The notes beneath the pieces are model-generated. The model had not been told where the DNA came from. It saw only the letters and a list, made by a program, of their open reading frames with translations, and searched no databases. Source: Bacillota bacterium (lineage in GTDB: Bacteria > Bacillota > Clostridia > Lutisporales > Lutisporaceae). Taken from it: a stretch of 64,000 nt of DNA. The DNA is taken from the NCBI GenBank assembly GCA_049322695.1, contig JBMORW010000031.1, forward strand, positions 14,349-78,348, written 5' to 3'. Positions 50,487-59,767 of the stretch are shown here, piece by piece (the stretch's first letter is position 1; every line of letters begins with the position of its first letter). The translations under genes were made by a program, and so were the position numbers.

Positions 50487-50613
50487 CTGCTTTAGAAGTA
50501 TTGCAAGGCTTATAAAGTGTGCCAGCTGTATTTTTATGAATGAAAACACTGAGAATTGTGCTGTATCTATACTCATTGCACAGCTTAACAAATACATTTA
50601 TACGAGGTATGAT

Positions 50614-51507
50614 ATGCTTGGATTTGCATGTATCTGCAAGAGTCTGACTGAAAACGGATGCTTTAAGTCTACAACAGTAAAATATATTTCCAAGCTCTCA
50701 AGGGAAGAGCAGCTAAAAAAGCTCAGAGCCATTGCGGTTGATAACCTGTATAACACATATAAAATACTTGAATGGTGCAAAACTAATAATATATTTATGT
50801 ATAGAATGAGTTCTGACCTTATACCGCTGGCAACCTACTTTAAGGAATGGGAATGGTGGAATGATCCCGATATATTGAAGCAATGCAGCAATATAAAGGC
50901 TGCTGCACATGATAACTCAATCAGGCTGAGTATGCACCCTGACCAGTTTTGCGTTCTAAATTCTCATAAACAAGAGGTGGTAGCATCCAGCGTAGAAATT
51001 CTGGAGTATCACAATAGGCTGTCCAACCTTACGGGCAATAAGCTGTTAGTGCTGCATGCAGGAAGCTCTGCAGATGGCAAGAGAAAAGCTTCAGAAAGAT
51101 TTATACATAACTTTCTGAAGCTGGATGAGGATATTAGAAGTAAACTGGCACTGGAAAATGATGATAAAATATATAATGCAGCTGATATCTTATCCATTTG
51201 CGAGAAACTGGGTATTCCAATGGTACTGGACTTGCATCATCACAGGTGTAATAATAACGGGGAGGATCTGTATTCATTAAGGACCCGTATAATCAAAACC
51301 TGGAACGGTAATCGTCCCAAGCTCCATTTAAGTACAGGAAAGGAGTTCAGGACAGACAGACGCCATGCAGATTTTATTTCTGAAGAAGACTATAAGCTGG
51401 CATTGGACTTTGCCGGTAGTGATTTTGATATAATGCTGGAATGCAAGGAAAAGGATATAGCCTTATTAAAGCTCAGAAGCTTAAAAGCAAGTGACTATTC
51501 TCAATAA
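50614..51507 (+). CDS. uvsE: UV damage endonuclease
   Basis: Start at ATG 50614 (GAGGT 5 nt upstream). The N-terminus MLGFACICKSL... is followed by YRMSSDLIPLATY, RLSMHPDQF, LVLHAGS and VLDLHHH, all typical of UvdE TIM-barrel endonucleases. The upstream 68 codons of the ORF-track entry overlap the preceding gene. Confidence 0.88.
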   Translation: MLGFACICKSLTENGCFKSTTVKYISKLSREEQLKKLRAIAVDNLYNTYKILEWCKTNNIFMYRMSSDLIPLATYFKEWEWWNDPDILKQCSNIKAAAHDNSIRLSMHPDQFCVLNSHKQEVVASSVEILEYHNRLSNLTGNKLLVLHAGSSADGKRKASERFIHNFLKLDEDIRSKLALENDDKIYNAADILSICEKLGIPMVLDLHHHRCNNNGEDLYSLRTRIIKTWNGNRPKLHLSTGKEFRTDRRHADFISEEDYKLALDFAGSDFDIMLECKEKDIALLKLRSLKASDYSQ

Positions 51508-51523
51508 ATCACTTGCTTTACGT

Positions 51524-52930
51524 TTATCCAGCATCTTTGACAAATATATAATCACAATCAGCAATAGAAAGCACATCATTATGAGCTATTTCAAATTCAA
51601 TATTGCTCATAAGCCTAGTTTTGTTGATTCTTGTACCATTTCTGGAATTTAAGTCCTTCACATAGAACTTGTCGTCTTTGCATATTATTTCTGCATGTAT
51701 CCTTCCCACTGCTTTGCTGTTGATTACATAATCTACATTACCCTTTAATCTTCCAAGCAGAAAACTGCTTTTGTTAAGAAATATCTTTTCTAAATCATCC
51801 TTGCCAATACTCTTCAGATATGGTGTGATTTTCTTCTCTTTGTTAACAATCAATACCGTAGCCGGCTCCCGGCACTCACTTATAACAGCTTTTTCTGTCG
51901 GCCTTACGGGCTTTGCCATTGTCTGTCTTTTTGTAATATTTGGCTTGTTGTCAGACAGTGCTCTTCTCCCTTTAAGCAAACCGCCTAAACTAAGCTTCCA
52001 GGTCTCCCGCATAATACTTGCAGGAATTTTTACTCCGGCGAACAGCTTTCTAAGCAGCAAAAAATCTACTGCTGCCAATATAATGGCAATACCGAAAATT
52101 ATGGTTACAATATCTCCGTCTGCAGAATCTTTAGTAAGCAGCTGCAGCATAAGCACTCCAACTGCCAGCAGCAGAATTTGCAGAAGTACTCCAATGACCA
52201 TTTTATTCTTTATTCCGGCAGAATCATTTCCTTCATTAAATGCTGGTACAGTCTGAGGTTTGATTTCTTGAGCCAATGAATCTTTTCCCCTGCAAACGGA
52301 TACATTATCGTTTTTTTCGCAAATATTATTTACTGACTCAACATTCTGACTGCTGGAATTTTTCAGCTGTTTTAAAACATCATTCAGCTTTGCCGTCTTA
52401 AAGACATCAGAGCGTATGCAATAAAGTATTTTTTGTATATAATTGTCACTATTGTCCTCTTCAAAGCTCACAAGCTCAATTATAAGCTTCAAGACAAAGG
52501 CTTTTATGCATTCATCAATATCTGTATCAACTGAAACAGGTAAATATATCAATCCAATATCATACTCCCCCGGATTTATAAAAATATAGTTTTCATCCAG
52601 CACAAAGCTATTGTGATTTAAAAGCAGCTTTCTTGTGCATACTACCGTATTCACTATTTTGAATAATATATCGACAAACTGTGCTCCTGTAAGCTTCTTT
52701 CTTTTAAGAAATTGTCCGAGAGTTATATGAGATGTTATATCATAATAAGCCTTTATTTCATTATCTGTCTTTCTGACTCCTAAAGGCAGTATATTCCTAT
52801 ATCTGTTTCTTTTTATCATCTCAACCTGATACTCAATAACCTCTTTGTTGTCAAGCCCTACAACCAAATAGCTGCAGGAAGAGTTACTTTCATAACAGGT
52901 TTTAAATTCAGCTTGACTTATCTTTAGCAT
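51524..52930 (-). CDS. Membrane protein with an N-terminal cytoplasmic domain, one TM region and a C-terminal FHA domain (last gene of the Tad-like locus)
   Basis: The FHA core is FLLGRLKGNVDYVINSKAVGRIHAEIICKDDKFYVKDLNSRNGTRINKTRL. The TM segment is VIGVLLQILLLAVGVLMLQLL...IIFGIAIILAAVDFLLL. GGAGGGG RBS. The gene starts 15 nt after the upstream gene. Confidence 0.85.
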   Translation of the reverse strand: MLKISQAEFKTCYESNSSCSYLVVGLDNKEVIEYQVEMIKRNRYRNILPLGVRKTDNEIKAYYDITSHITLGQFLKRKKLTGAQFVDILFKIVNTVVCTRKLLLNHNSFVLDENYIFINPGEYDIGLIYLPVSVDTDIDECIKAFVLKLIIELVSFEEDNSDNYIQKILYCIRSDVFKTAKLNDVLKQLKNSSSQNVESVNNICEKNDNVSVCRGKDSLAQEIKPQTVPAFNEGNDSAGIKNKMVIGVLLQILLLAVGVLMLQLLTKDSADGDIVTIIFGIAIILAAVDFLLLRKLFAGVKIPASIMRETWKLSLGGLLKGRRALSDNKPNITKRQTMAKPVRPTEKAVISECREPATVLIVNKEKKITPYLKSIGKDDLEKIFLNKSSFLLGRLKGNVDYVINSKAVGRIHAEIICKDDKFYVKDLNSRNGTRINKTRLMSNIEFEIAHNDVLSIADCDYIFVKDAG

Positions 52931-52944
52931 TTTCCCCTCCTGGG

Positions 52945-53538
52945 TTAATTAATAGTTGATAATATAATTCCTAAAATTATAAAAGGCGTAAAAGCTATAC
53001 TTTTTTTTGAGTTTTCCTTTTTTACCAATATCATAATCAGCCCTGATAGGCCGCTGATTATTGATGCAGCAAATATAGTTGTTAAAGCTTCTTCAAAGCC
53101 TATAAGCAACCCTGTCAAAGCAAATATAATAACATCTCCGATTCCGAGATTTCCCTTGGAAATAAAGAATATCAGCAGAAATAAAGCTGCTGCGGAAAGA
53201 AATCCCATAAAGCATGAATATAGGTTAATGTCACTGAAACCAAGGTTCAGAGCAATAGTTATAGTAAATAACACTATGAGGGCTACAGGTATTTGCTTTG
53301 TCTTAATGTCTACATAGGATATACCTATCAGTACAGAATATGGAACTAAGGACAACATATCTATATAAAATCCGTTACTTATGCCTTCAAGTATAAATAA
53401 CGAGCAAAGCCCCGATAATACAGGCACTACCAAATACTCTACTCTGCTTTTAACGCTTTGCTTTAAACCTGCAAAAACATATGCTGCTACTGCTGTTCCT
53501 GTAAGTATGCCAGTGGCAGCATGAATATATACATACAT
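52945..53538 (-). CDS. A24-family prepilin peptidase (second copy)
   Basis: 197-aa polytopic protein. It has an Asp in DIKTKQIP and a second motif GNLGIGDVIIFALTG. GGAGGGG RBS. Confidence 0.75.
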   Translation of the reverse strand: MYVYIHAATGILTGTAVAAYVFAGLKQSVKSRVEYLVVPVLSGLCSLFILEGISNGFYIDMLSLVPYSVLIGISYVDIKTKQIPVALIVLFTITIALNLGFSDINLYSCFMGFLSAAALFLLIFFISKGNLGIGDVIIFALTGLLIGFEEALTTIFAASIISGLSGLIMILVKKENSKKSIAFTPFIILGIILSTIN

Positions 53539-53553
53539 TGATTCCCCTCCTGA

Positions 53554-54480
53554 TTATGGCTTGCAAACCTTACAGGGTGTATACCCCTCATCAGCTGCTT
53601 TATCTAATCTGATTGGTATCTTACTGCTGTGCAGATGGCGGCATGTTTCCAGATGATACCTGATCCCTGTCCTTGTAATGTATACGATATGTGAGCTTCC
53701 GGCGGACAAAAGCTCAAGCCCTTCATCCTTTTCAGTTATTATTCCGTTAACACCACTGACCCAAGCCTTTTCAACATAGGTACTCACAAGAACTATGCTT
53801 TTTGCACCTATTATCGGAAAACTCAACTGTACCGGATACTCTGCCTGTATAACAACATCATCCACAGAAATACAGATGCCCTCTGCTTCCAGGCTTCTAT
53901 AAACGCCCGCCGCATTCTTATAGTTATATTCGAGAGTGCTTTGAGGGAGCTTGACAAGCTTAAGACTGACATTATTTATATCCAAAGCACTGTCTTCCAA
54001 TAAATCTTTCAGTACACCCGAGGCATAAGCCCTCTCACAGCTGCTCTTCCATCTCCGGAAATCATTAGAAAAGCTTCCGATTAAGCCTTTTACCAATCCC
54101 TCTGATGCTATACTATATCCCTTTTGAAGCAGTGTCTCCAGATCAAAATCAGCAGCTCCTCCTAAAAATGAGCTAAGCAGTGATCCTTCATCTACAACTG
54201 CTGCATCTAAAGCATCTATTGATAAAGCAAAATCATCTGCAGTATAACTGTCAAAAAACTCTTCTTCATATTCATTTACTAAGGCAAGAGGATAAGAAGA
54301 GGCTGCCAGCTGCTTTACTGTTTCGTATACAGCCTTGTCAAGCAGCGAAGAGTAATACGCAAGCTTTCCAAAATACAATACAAGCATGAAAATACACAAA
54401 AAAACAGGAAGTGCTATGCATGCTTCTACTGTTAAAGAGCCTTTGAATCTGTTTTTTCTTATGGTTGTTAAGCTTACCAT
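53554..54480 (-). CDS. TadE-like pseudopilin with a C-terminal Cys/His motif
   Basis: N-terminus RFKGSLTVEACIALPVFLCIFMLVLYF (TadE-type). The C-terminus is YITRTGIRYHLETCRHLHSSKIPIRLDKAADEGYTPCKVCKP. Confidence 0.75.
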   Translation of the reverse strand: MVSLTTIRKNRFKGSLTVEACIALPVFLCIFMLVLYFGKLAYYSSLLDKAVYETVKQLAASSYPLALVNEYEEEFFDSYTADDFALSIDALDAAVVDEGSLLSSFLGGAADFDLETLLQKGYSIASEGLVKGLIGSFSNDFRRWKSSCERAYASGVLKDLLEDSALDINNVSLKLVKLPQSTLEYNYKNAAGVYRSLEAEGICISVDDVVIQAEYPVQLSFPIIGAKSIVLVSTYVEKAWVSGVNGIITEKDEGLELLSAGSSHIVYITRTGIRYHLETCRHLHSSKIPIRLDKAADEGYTPCKVCKP

Positions 54481-54488
54481 AAAATCAC

Positions 54489-56408
54489 CTAATATCCTGA
54501 ATAGAAGCTTTTACTGAATACATAGCACCCATTATTCAGGGATTTATAACCAAGCTTATCAAGTCCAAACAAAGGGATAAATATCAGCTTAAGTCTGACT
54601 TCCGCCTCAACCTTGATAACCGTACTGCAATTCGTCAAGCTAAATTCAGGATATTTGCTGTTTGTCTTAGTTATCATATTTACCTGAATCAACTGTTGAA
54701 TTTTCCTGATTGTTTCATCCTCTGATTGCATAAGCAAAAGCAGTCTTAAGTGATCAGAATATCTGAGCTTCACATGGTCCACTCCCGGACATACACTTAC
54801 ATAATCACCATCTATGAGGTAAATCATCTCAAGAGCAGCATCGATTGCGCCTTCCACTAAAGCCCAGCCCAGCCTGGGAAGAGGATGCGGAATTTTGCTT
54901 CTGGCAAAATGAGATATGGAGTCTATAGAGAATCTGAGAAACCATATTTTTGATATTACATCACTTATAACAACCAATTCTGAATTGTATATGCTGTTAA
55001 ATGGCACATCTTTTCCGCTTATTATATACTCAATCTCACCCTTCCTGAAATAATGATCCCTGACTGTTTTTGATGTAAGAAAGGTAAACTTGTCCATGGC
55101 ATACTCTATTGTATAAAGCTTATCTCTGGCATCTGCAGCAGCATTCCCTATAGCAGCCATCAAGCTCCTGAAATATGCTATTATATTGTCGTTTTCTTTT
55201 TCACTTTCCTCTGCACTGATCTTTTGCGTTACTCCTAAACTCTTATATATTTCATTGAGATAATATGCATCTGCATTTTGATTCTGAAATTCTGTTTCCG
55301 ATAGGAGCATACTTTCTGATATGCTTTTTGAAAGCAGGTTGTTCTTAATATAGTTTAGCTTCTCATTAAAAAGACTTGTCCTATCCGGTTTATGCTCTGG
55401 CTCTGAGTTCTGTATTTCAGAAAGCTTTATAAGGTCTATACCCTTATCCCTTAATGAATTTTTGAGATTGCTTATCAATATGTCTATCTGGGATTGAAGC
55501 CCACAGATTATAGATACTTTTTCTTCGGTATCCCTCTGAGAATCACTTGCTATTCTGCTTATTTCAGCCTTCAGGTCATCAACCAATGCTTTTGTTTCTC
55601 TTATTCTTGCAATTACATCATCTATGTCACCCTTCAGCTCTGCAGATGAAGTAAGCACCTCAGAGAATTCGCTGTTATCAACAGCTTCCAGATTGTTACT
55701 CAAAGCAAAGTCCTTCAAGGCTTGGCTGTCATTTTTAAAATCCTCAAGTAGCTTCGGCCCTTCAGCATTAGCAAATGTATCAACAAGGCTCTTTAGTTCT
55801 GTCAAGCTGCCGAGTGTGCTTTCCAGCTCGTGTTCCGAAATATTTATCAGATTATCTGCTGCCTGCTTGATCTTATTATTCAGGTTATTGAGCTTACCCT
55901 TTATCATTTCCGATTTCTTACGATATGCAGCTGCTTTTTCTGAGTACTCCATTGACTTATCCAGCTTTGCAGCCTTTATTTTATCTATTACGCCTTCTGT
56001 TATATTGATTGGAGCCCTGTACTTCATGTATTCAAGTATCTGCTGCTTAATACTGTCCTTTGAAGCAAGATTCTCTACTGGTATAACCTGCAGCTTATGG
56101 GGATCCAACTCAAATTGAGTAACTCTGAAGCCATGATGTTTCTCACTCAGATTCAGCATAATATATTTATACAAGTCCTCTTTCATAGAGCCATTTGAAT
56201 CCGAAACACCAAAAATTCCATACTCATTAATAAGCTCTTTATTATAGGCAGCAAGAACAGATCTGGAAGCTGAGTATAAAGCGCCTTCAACCTTCTGCTC
56301 AGCCAGATTTATCCTGATAATATCTATAATAGTACCCGAAAATACTACAACTGACATTACTATAACTGCTAAAAAAACTGTAATGGAACCCTTTACTCTA
56401 ATAAACAT
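54489..56408 (-). CDS. TadG-like pilus assembly protein (large, coiled-coil rich)
   Basis: The N-terminus KGSITVFLAVIVMSVVVFSGTIIDIIRINLAEQKVEGALYSASRSVLAAY matches the TadE/G-like pattern. 639 aa. The RBS is weak. Confidence 0.7.
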   Translation of the reverse strand: MFIRVKGSITVFLAVIVMSVVVFSGTIIDIIRINLAEQKVEGALYSASRSVLAAYNKELINEYGIFGVSDSNGSMKEDLYKYIMLNLSEKHHGFRVTQFELDPHKLQVIPVENLASKDSIKQQILEYMKYRAPINITEGVIDKIKAAKLDKSMEYSEKAAAYRKKSEMIKGKLNNLNNKIKQAADNLINISEHELESTLGSLTELKSLVDTFANAEGPKLLEDFKNDSQALKDFALSNNLEAVDNSEFSEVLTSSAELKGDIDDVIARIRETKALVDDLKAEISRIASDSQRDTEEKVSIICGLQSQIDILISNLKNSLRDKGIDLIKLSEIQNSEPEHKPDRTSLFNEKLNYIKNNLLSKSISESMLLSETEFQNQNADAYYLNEIYKSLGVTQKISAEESEKENDNIIAYFRSLMAAIGNAAADARDKLYTIEYAMDKFTFLTSKTVRDHYFRKGEIEYIISGKDVPFNSIYNSELVVISDVISKIWFLRFSIDSISHFARSKIPHPLPRLGWALVEGAIDAALEMIYLIDGDYVSVCPGVDHVKLRYSDHLRLLLLMQSEDETIRKIQQLIQVNMITKTNSKYPEFSLTNCSTVIKVEAEVRLKLIFIPLFGLDKLGYKSLNNGCYVFSKSFYSGY

Positions 56409-56420
56409 AATAGTTCTTTA

Positions 56421-57080
56421 TTAGTCTCCCTCTGATTTTACTTTTTTAAGTGCTCCCTTGATGTCTATACCATCTTTCAGCCGTTTGGAATACTCAATCA
56501 AGAAATCGATGTTTCTGATGAACTCATCGGGTTCTATTGAAAAATTGTCTGAAACACCCCTGACAGTTATGCTGCTTTTTCCGTCAAACCAGGACTTTAT
56601 AAAGCCAAATGGAATATCAACCTCCTGCACAAGCTCTATTTTCACACTATCCCTGATAAATCCATTATTATATCTTACAGTGTAGTTTGTTACTCCGTGC
56701 CTTAACATGCTCTTTTTTACATTTTGCTCCAATATATGTTCTATAAGCTTTATCTTGCTTTCATCATGAGAACTATCAGCTTCAGTAGGGGTTTCAGATG
56801 AGGCTTCCGACTGACTTATGCAACCCGATACCTCAGTACTATAAATTTTGAATCTGCTGTATAGTTCAAAACTCCCATCCAGATTATAAAGCTGTCCATT
56901 GGTTAAGATTTCTGAATACAGCATTGCGGAGCAGTTTGCAGCTCTTTGCAGCATGACCCTCTGACATATCAGTAAAGTTGAGAATATCAGAGTTATTATT
57001 GTAAAGATAATGAAAGTGAATGTTATTGAAGCTTCCACGGTGAAGCTTCCTTTTACTTTTTTCTGCAATAGATAAATCAT
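56421..57080 (-). CDS. TadE-like pseudopilin
   Basis: N-terminus KKVKGSFTVEASITFTFIIFTIITLIF. GGAGGTG RBS. Confidence 0.75.
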   Translation of the reverse strand: MIYLLQKKVKGSFTVEASITFTFIIFTIITLIFSTLLICQRVMLQRAANCSAMLYSEILTNGQLYNLDGSFELYSRFKIYSTEVSGCISQSEASSETPTEADSSHDESKIKLIEHILEQNVKKSMLRHGVTNYTVRYNNGFIRDSVKIELVQEVDIPFGFIKSWFDGKSSITVRGVSDNFSIEPDEFIRNIDFLIEYSKRLKDGIDIKGALKKVKSEGD

Positions 57081-57110
57081 TGCACCTCCGCATTATAAAA
57101 AAAGTCATAG

Positions 57111-57314
57111 CTATTGAGACGTTGTAGTGCTTGGATCATTGGTTATCTGTTGTATCTGGTCTGATCCAAAGATTGAATCAAGAAGGTTTGCCACAAAAGT
57201 ATAGATCTGTCTTTTAAACAGCAAAGCAATTCCGATAAGAATAGCAATAATAACAACTATCTCAACTGTACCAAGACCATCCTCTTCTTTTATAAAGCTT
57301 TTGATTATTTCCAT
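57111..57314 (-). CDS. flp: Flp-family type IVb pilin
   Basis: 67 aa. The leader is MEIIKSFIKEEDGLG, followed by TVEIVVIIAILIGIALLF (a G/xxE processing motif plus a hydrophobic helix). GGGAGGTG RBS. Confidence 0.85.
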   Translation of the reverse strand: MEIIKSFIKEEDGLGTVEIVVIIAILIGIALLFKRQIYTFVANLLDSIFGSDQIQQITNDPSTTTSQ

Positions 57315-57331
57315 TCACTTCACCTCCCTTT

Positions 57332-58861
57332 CTAAAAGCCCCTTAATGACAGCAATGCCGGTGTTGAAACTATAATCAGAATCCCTAAGAGCATCAGCAT
57401 CATTGGAAGCAAAAGCTTGGTAGACGCTTCTTCTCCCATTCTGCGGGCAATATTCTTCCTGTTATCCCAGCACTCTCTGCTCAAAATCCTCAGTAGATTA
57501 ACCAGCTCAGAATTACCCTTTTTTAGATTCTGAATAAGCAGTGATATGAACTTTGAAGTTTCAGCCGTTGCACATCTTTGAGCAAAGTGTTCATATGCAA
57601 GTATTTCTGGAACACCACTTCTGATTTCTATAATTGTTTTCTTCAATTCTCTATGTAGAGGCGTATCCCGTGAGACCTCATGGGCAATTTTCTCCCATGC
57701 ATTACTGACATTCAAGCCTGCATTGATAAGAAGTACAAGCTTTGTCAGGAATGCCGGAAGCTCAAACTGTATTTCCCTTCTTCTCTTTTCTACGCTTTTT
57801 TTGATTTCATTATCATAAAGCATAAAAACAGCTGCTACTGCAGCAATGACAGTTACTACATAACCTGCTCCCATGCCGGCAGACGTATTGCCGTTCTCCT
57901 TCCTCGCGTTCTCCCAGTCAATCATGACTCCTTTAAGATTTTCCAGAGAGCTTGGAAAGATCAGGTATTTTGCTTCATGGATATTATTAATATTTGTCTT
58001 TAAGTATCTATCAAGCTCCTGCTTGGCCTTTTCAATCAGCAGGTCTTTTTCAGACTTACTTTTAGGAATTATGGAAGCTACAAATTGCTTGTTTAACTCT
58101 GCATTTCCTCTTTTTATGGAGGCAGTCAATATTGCTTTTACAGGACTCTGTCCTTTGTCCGGAGCAGATACATTTCCATCAGCTTTAATGTATCTGCTGT
58201 CATTGCTTGTCCATTCTATTACCACTCCAAGATGCTTCAGCCTTTCATAGGATGGCTTCAGATTCAATGCATAAACTGTATTTTCCAGGCTTATATTCCT
58301 GCCCTTTATCAAATCCTCGGAAAGCAAATCATAAGCCTTCCGTACTGCATCTGTATCCAGCTCCGGAAGCTGCTCCTTAAGTATTATCCGGTATGATATA
58401 CTTTGGCTCACTCCATCTGATTTTAAGGTTGCCCGCGCATCAAGTATAGAATCTCCCATGCCGAAGCCCGGCCTTTCCACCTTGTTGCCGATGATAACAG
58501 GAACTATCTTTCCTGCCCTCTCAGAGTGCTCCTGAAGCCATGATACAGTTCCGAATGCCAGAATGAGTATAACTAGCAGTATTGCTGTGCAAATCTTATT
58601 TGCCGTGTTTATTTTCATCATATACTCAGCTTTGCCGGAACCATACAGCTCAGCCAGATTCTTCTTCACCCTGAGGTCATAATTTGTGTTAAATCTGTAT
58701 CCACTGATATCAATCAATGCAAGACCGATGGATAACACTGCCTTAAGGGGATATAGCTTCTTGTCCAGTTTGGCGGTTTCTTTAAGATAGTGCTTGTTAT
58801 ATCTAAAGAAAATATAAGCTAGACACATAAGCATAACAAGTAAAAATATTACTCTCAACAT
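57332..58861 (-). CDS. tadC: TadC-like T2SS-F-domain membrane protein with a large N-terminal insertion
   Basis: The C-terminal 170 aa or so are T2SSF-like (ELPAFLTKLVLLINAGLNVSNAWEKIA...LLLPMMLMLLGILIIVSTPALL). The N-terminal 330 aa or so comprise three TM helices and an extracytoplasmic domain of about 220 aa. Confidence 0.8.
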   Translation of the reverse strand: MLRVIFLLVMLMCLAYIFFRYNKHYLKETAKLDKKLYPLKAVLSIGLALIDISGYRFNTNYDLRVKKNLAELYGSGKAEYMMKINTANKICTAILLVILILAFGTVSWLQEHSERAGKIVPVIIGNKVERPGFGMGDSILDARATLKSDGVSQSISYRIILKEQLPELDTDAVRKAYDLLSEDLIKGRNISLENTVYALNLKPSYERLKHLGVVIEWTSNDSRYIKADGNVSAPDKGQSPVKAILTASIKRGNAELNKQFVASIIPKSKSEKDLLIEKAKQELDRYLKTNINNIHEAKYLIFPSSLENLKGVMIDWENARKENGNTSAGMGAGYVVTVIAAVAAVFMLYDNEIKKSVEKRRREIQFELPAFLTKLVLLINAGLNVSNAWEKIAHEVSRDTPLHRELKKTIIEIRSGVPEILAYEHFAQRCATAETSKFISLLIQNLKKGNSELVNLLRILSRECWDNRKNIARRMGEEASTKLLLPMMLMLLGILIIVSTPALLSLRGF

Positions 58862-58862
58862 T

Positions 58863-59765
58863 TCAAACCTCTATGTTCATTATTTTTCCGGAAATAAAAT
58901 GTGCTGCCAAAAATAGCAGAATAGCTATAGTCATCGATAATCTGCCCTGCAGGGTGGTGTATACGGGAGATATAAAATCCGATGAGCTTGATGTAATCAG
59001 CGCAACTAAAGCGAAAGGCAGTATACTGAGAACTTTTTGCTCAAATCTTCTTTGTATTATTAAGCTGTCTATTTCTTGCTTAAGGTATATCTTATCGTTG
59101 ATTATATCTGTGGAGCTTTTGATTACCTGTACCAAATCACCGCCTGTTCTCTTGCAGGCCTGGAATACATTAACAAAACTCTTTATGTCCTCCAACTGAG
59201 AGCGATTGGCAAGGTCCTCCAGGGCAGCTTCAATCGTATCATTCATTTCCAGTCTGAGAGAGATATTTTCCAATTCTCTGATAATACAGCAATCCGGATC
59301 TGAATATTGTATCTTTAGATCAGCAAGGGCATCCTTAAAGGAGCCTTCTACAGACTTCCCTGCCATAAGTGAAGAAGCTACAGAGCTCAGCATGTCTTTA
59401 AACTGCATGTTAAGCTCTGCTTTTCTTTTTCTTATTATCTCTACTGTCTTTTGGCCCGGATACAAAAATCCCAAGGGCATAAGCAATATGGAGACTATTA
59501 TGCTGCGATAGAAAACATATCCCCCAACAGCTATAACAGCAGAGGCTGCCAAACCATAGATAATTTTATCTCTAAGGCACATATTGTACTTGTCATATAT
59601 AATTCTGCCATCCTTCACCTGACGCCTTGCCTCTGGTTTATAGGGCTTTTTATCTTTCGAAGAAACTTTTATGTGCTGGCTTCTATCTCTGGAAATGAGT
59701 ATAATAATGGCAGCTCCTGCCATTACTATTACGCCTATAGTTATAATCAAAAACTTACTTTCCAT
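58863..59765 (-). CDS. tadB: TadB-like T2SS-F-domain membrane protein
   Basis: 300 aa with the T2SSF pattern (FKDMLSSVASSLMAGKSVEGSFKDA...) and terminal TM helices. It abuts tadA and tadC. Confidence 0.8.
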   Translation of the reverse strand: MESKFLIITIGVIVMAGAAIIILISRDRSQHIKVSSKDKKPYKPEARRQVKDGRIIYDKYNMCLRDKIIYGLAASAVIAVGGYVFYRSIIVSILLMPLGFLYPGQKTVEIIRKRKAELNMQFKDMLSSVASSLMAGKSVEGSFKDALADLKIQYSDPDCCIIRELENISLRLEMNDTIEAALEDLANRSQLEDIKSFVNVFQACKRTGGDLVQVIKSSTDIINDKIYLKQEIDSLIIQRRFEQKVLSILPFALVALITSSSSDFISPVYTTLQGRLSMTIAILLFLAAHFISGKIMNIEV

Positions 59766-59767
59766 TG

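Noticed and set aside
50410-50613. N-terminal 68 codons of the ORF-track entry for uvdE
   Set aside because: This stretch overlaps the 3' end of the preceding membrane-protein gene and has no RBS. The UvdE-like sequence begins at MLGFACICK (ATG 50614), which has GAGGT 5 nt upstream.
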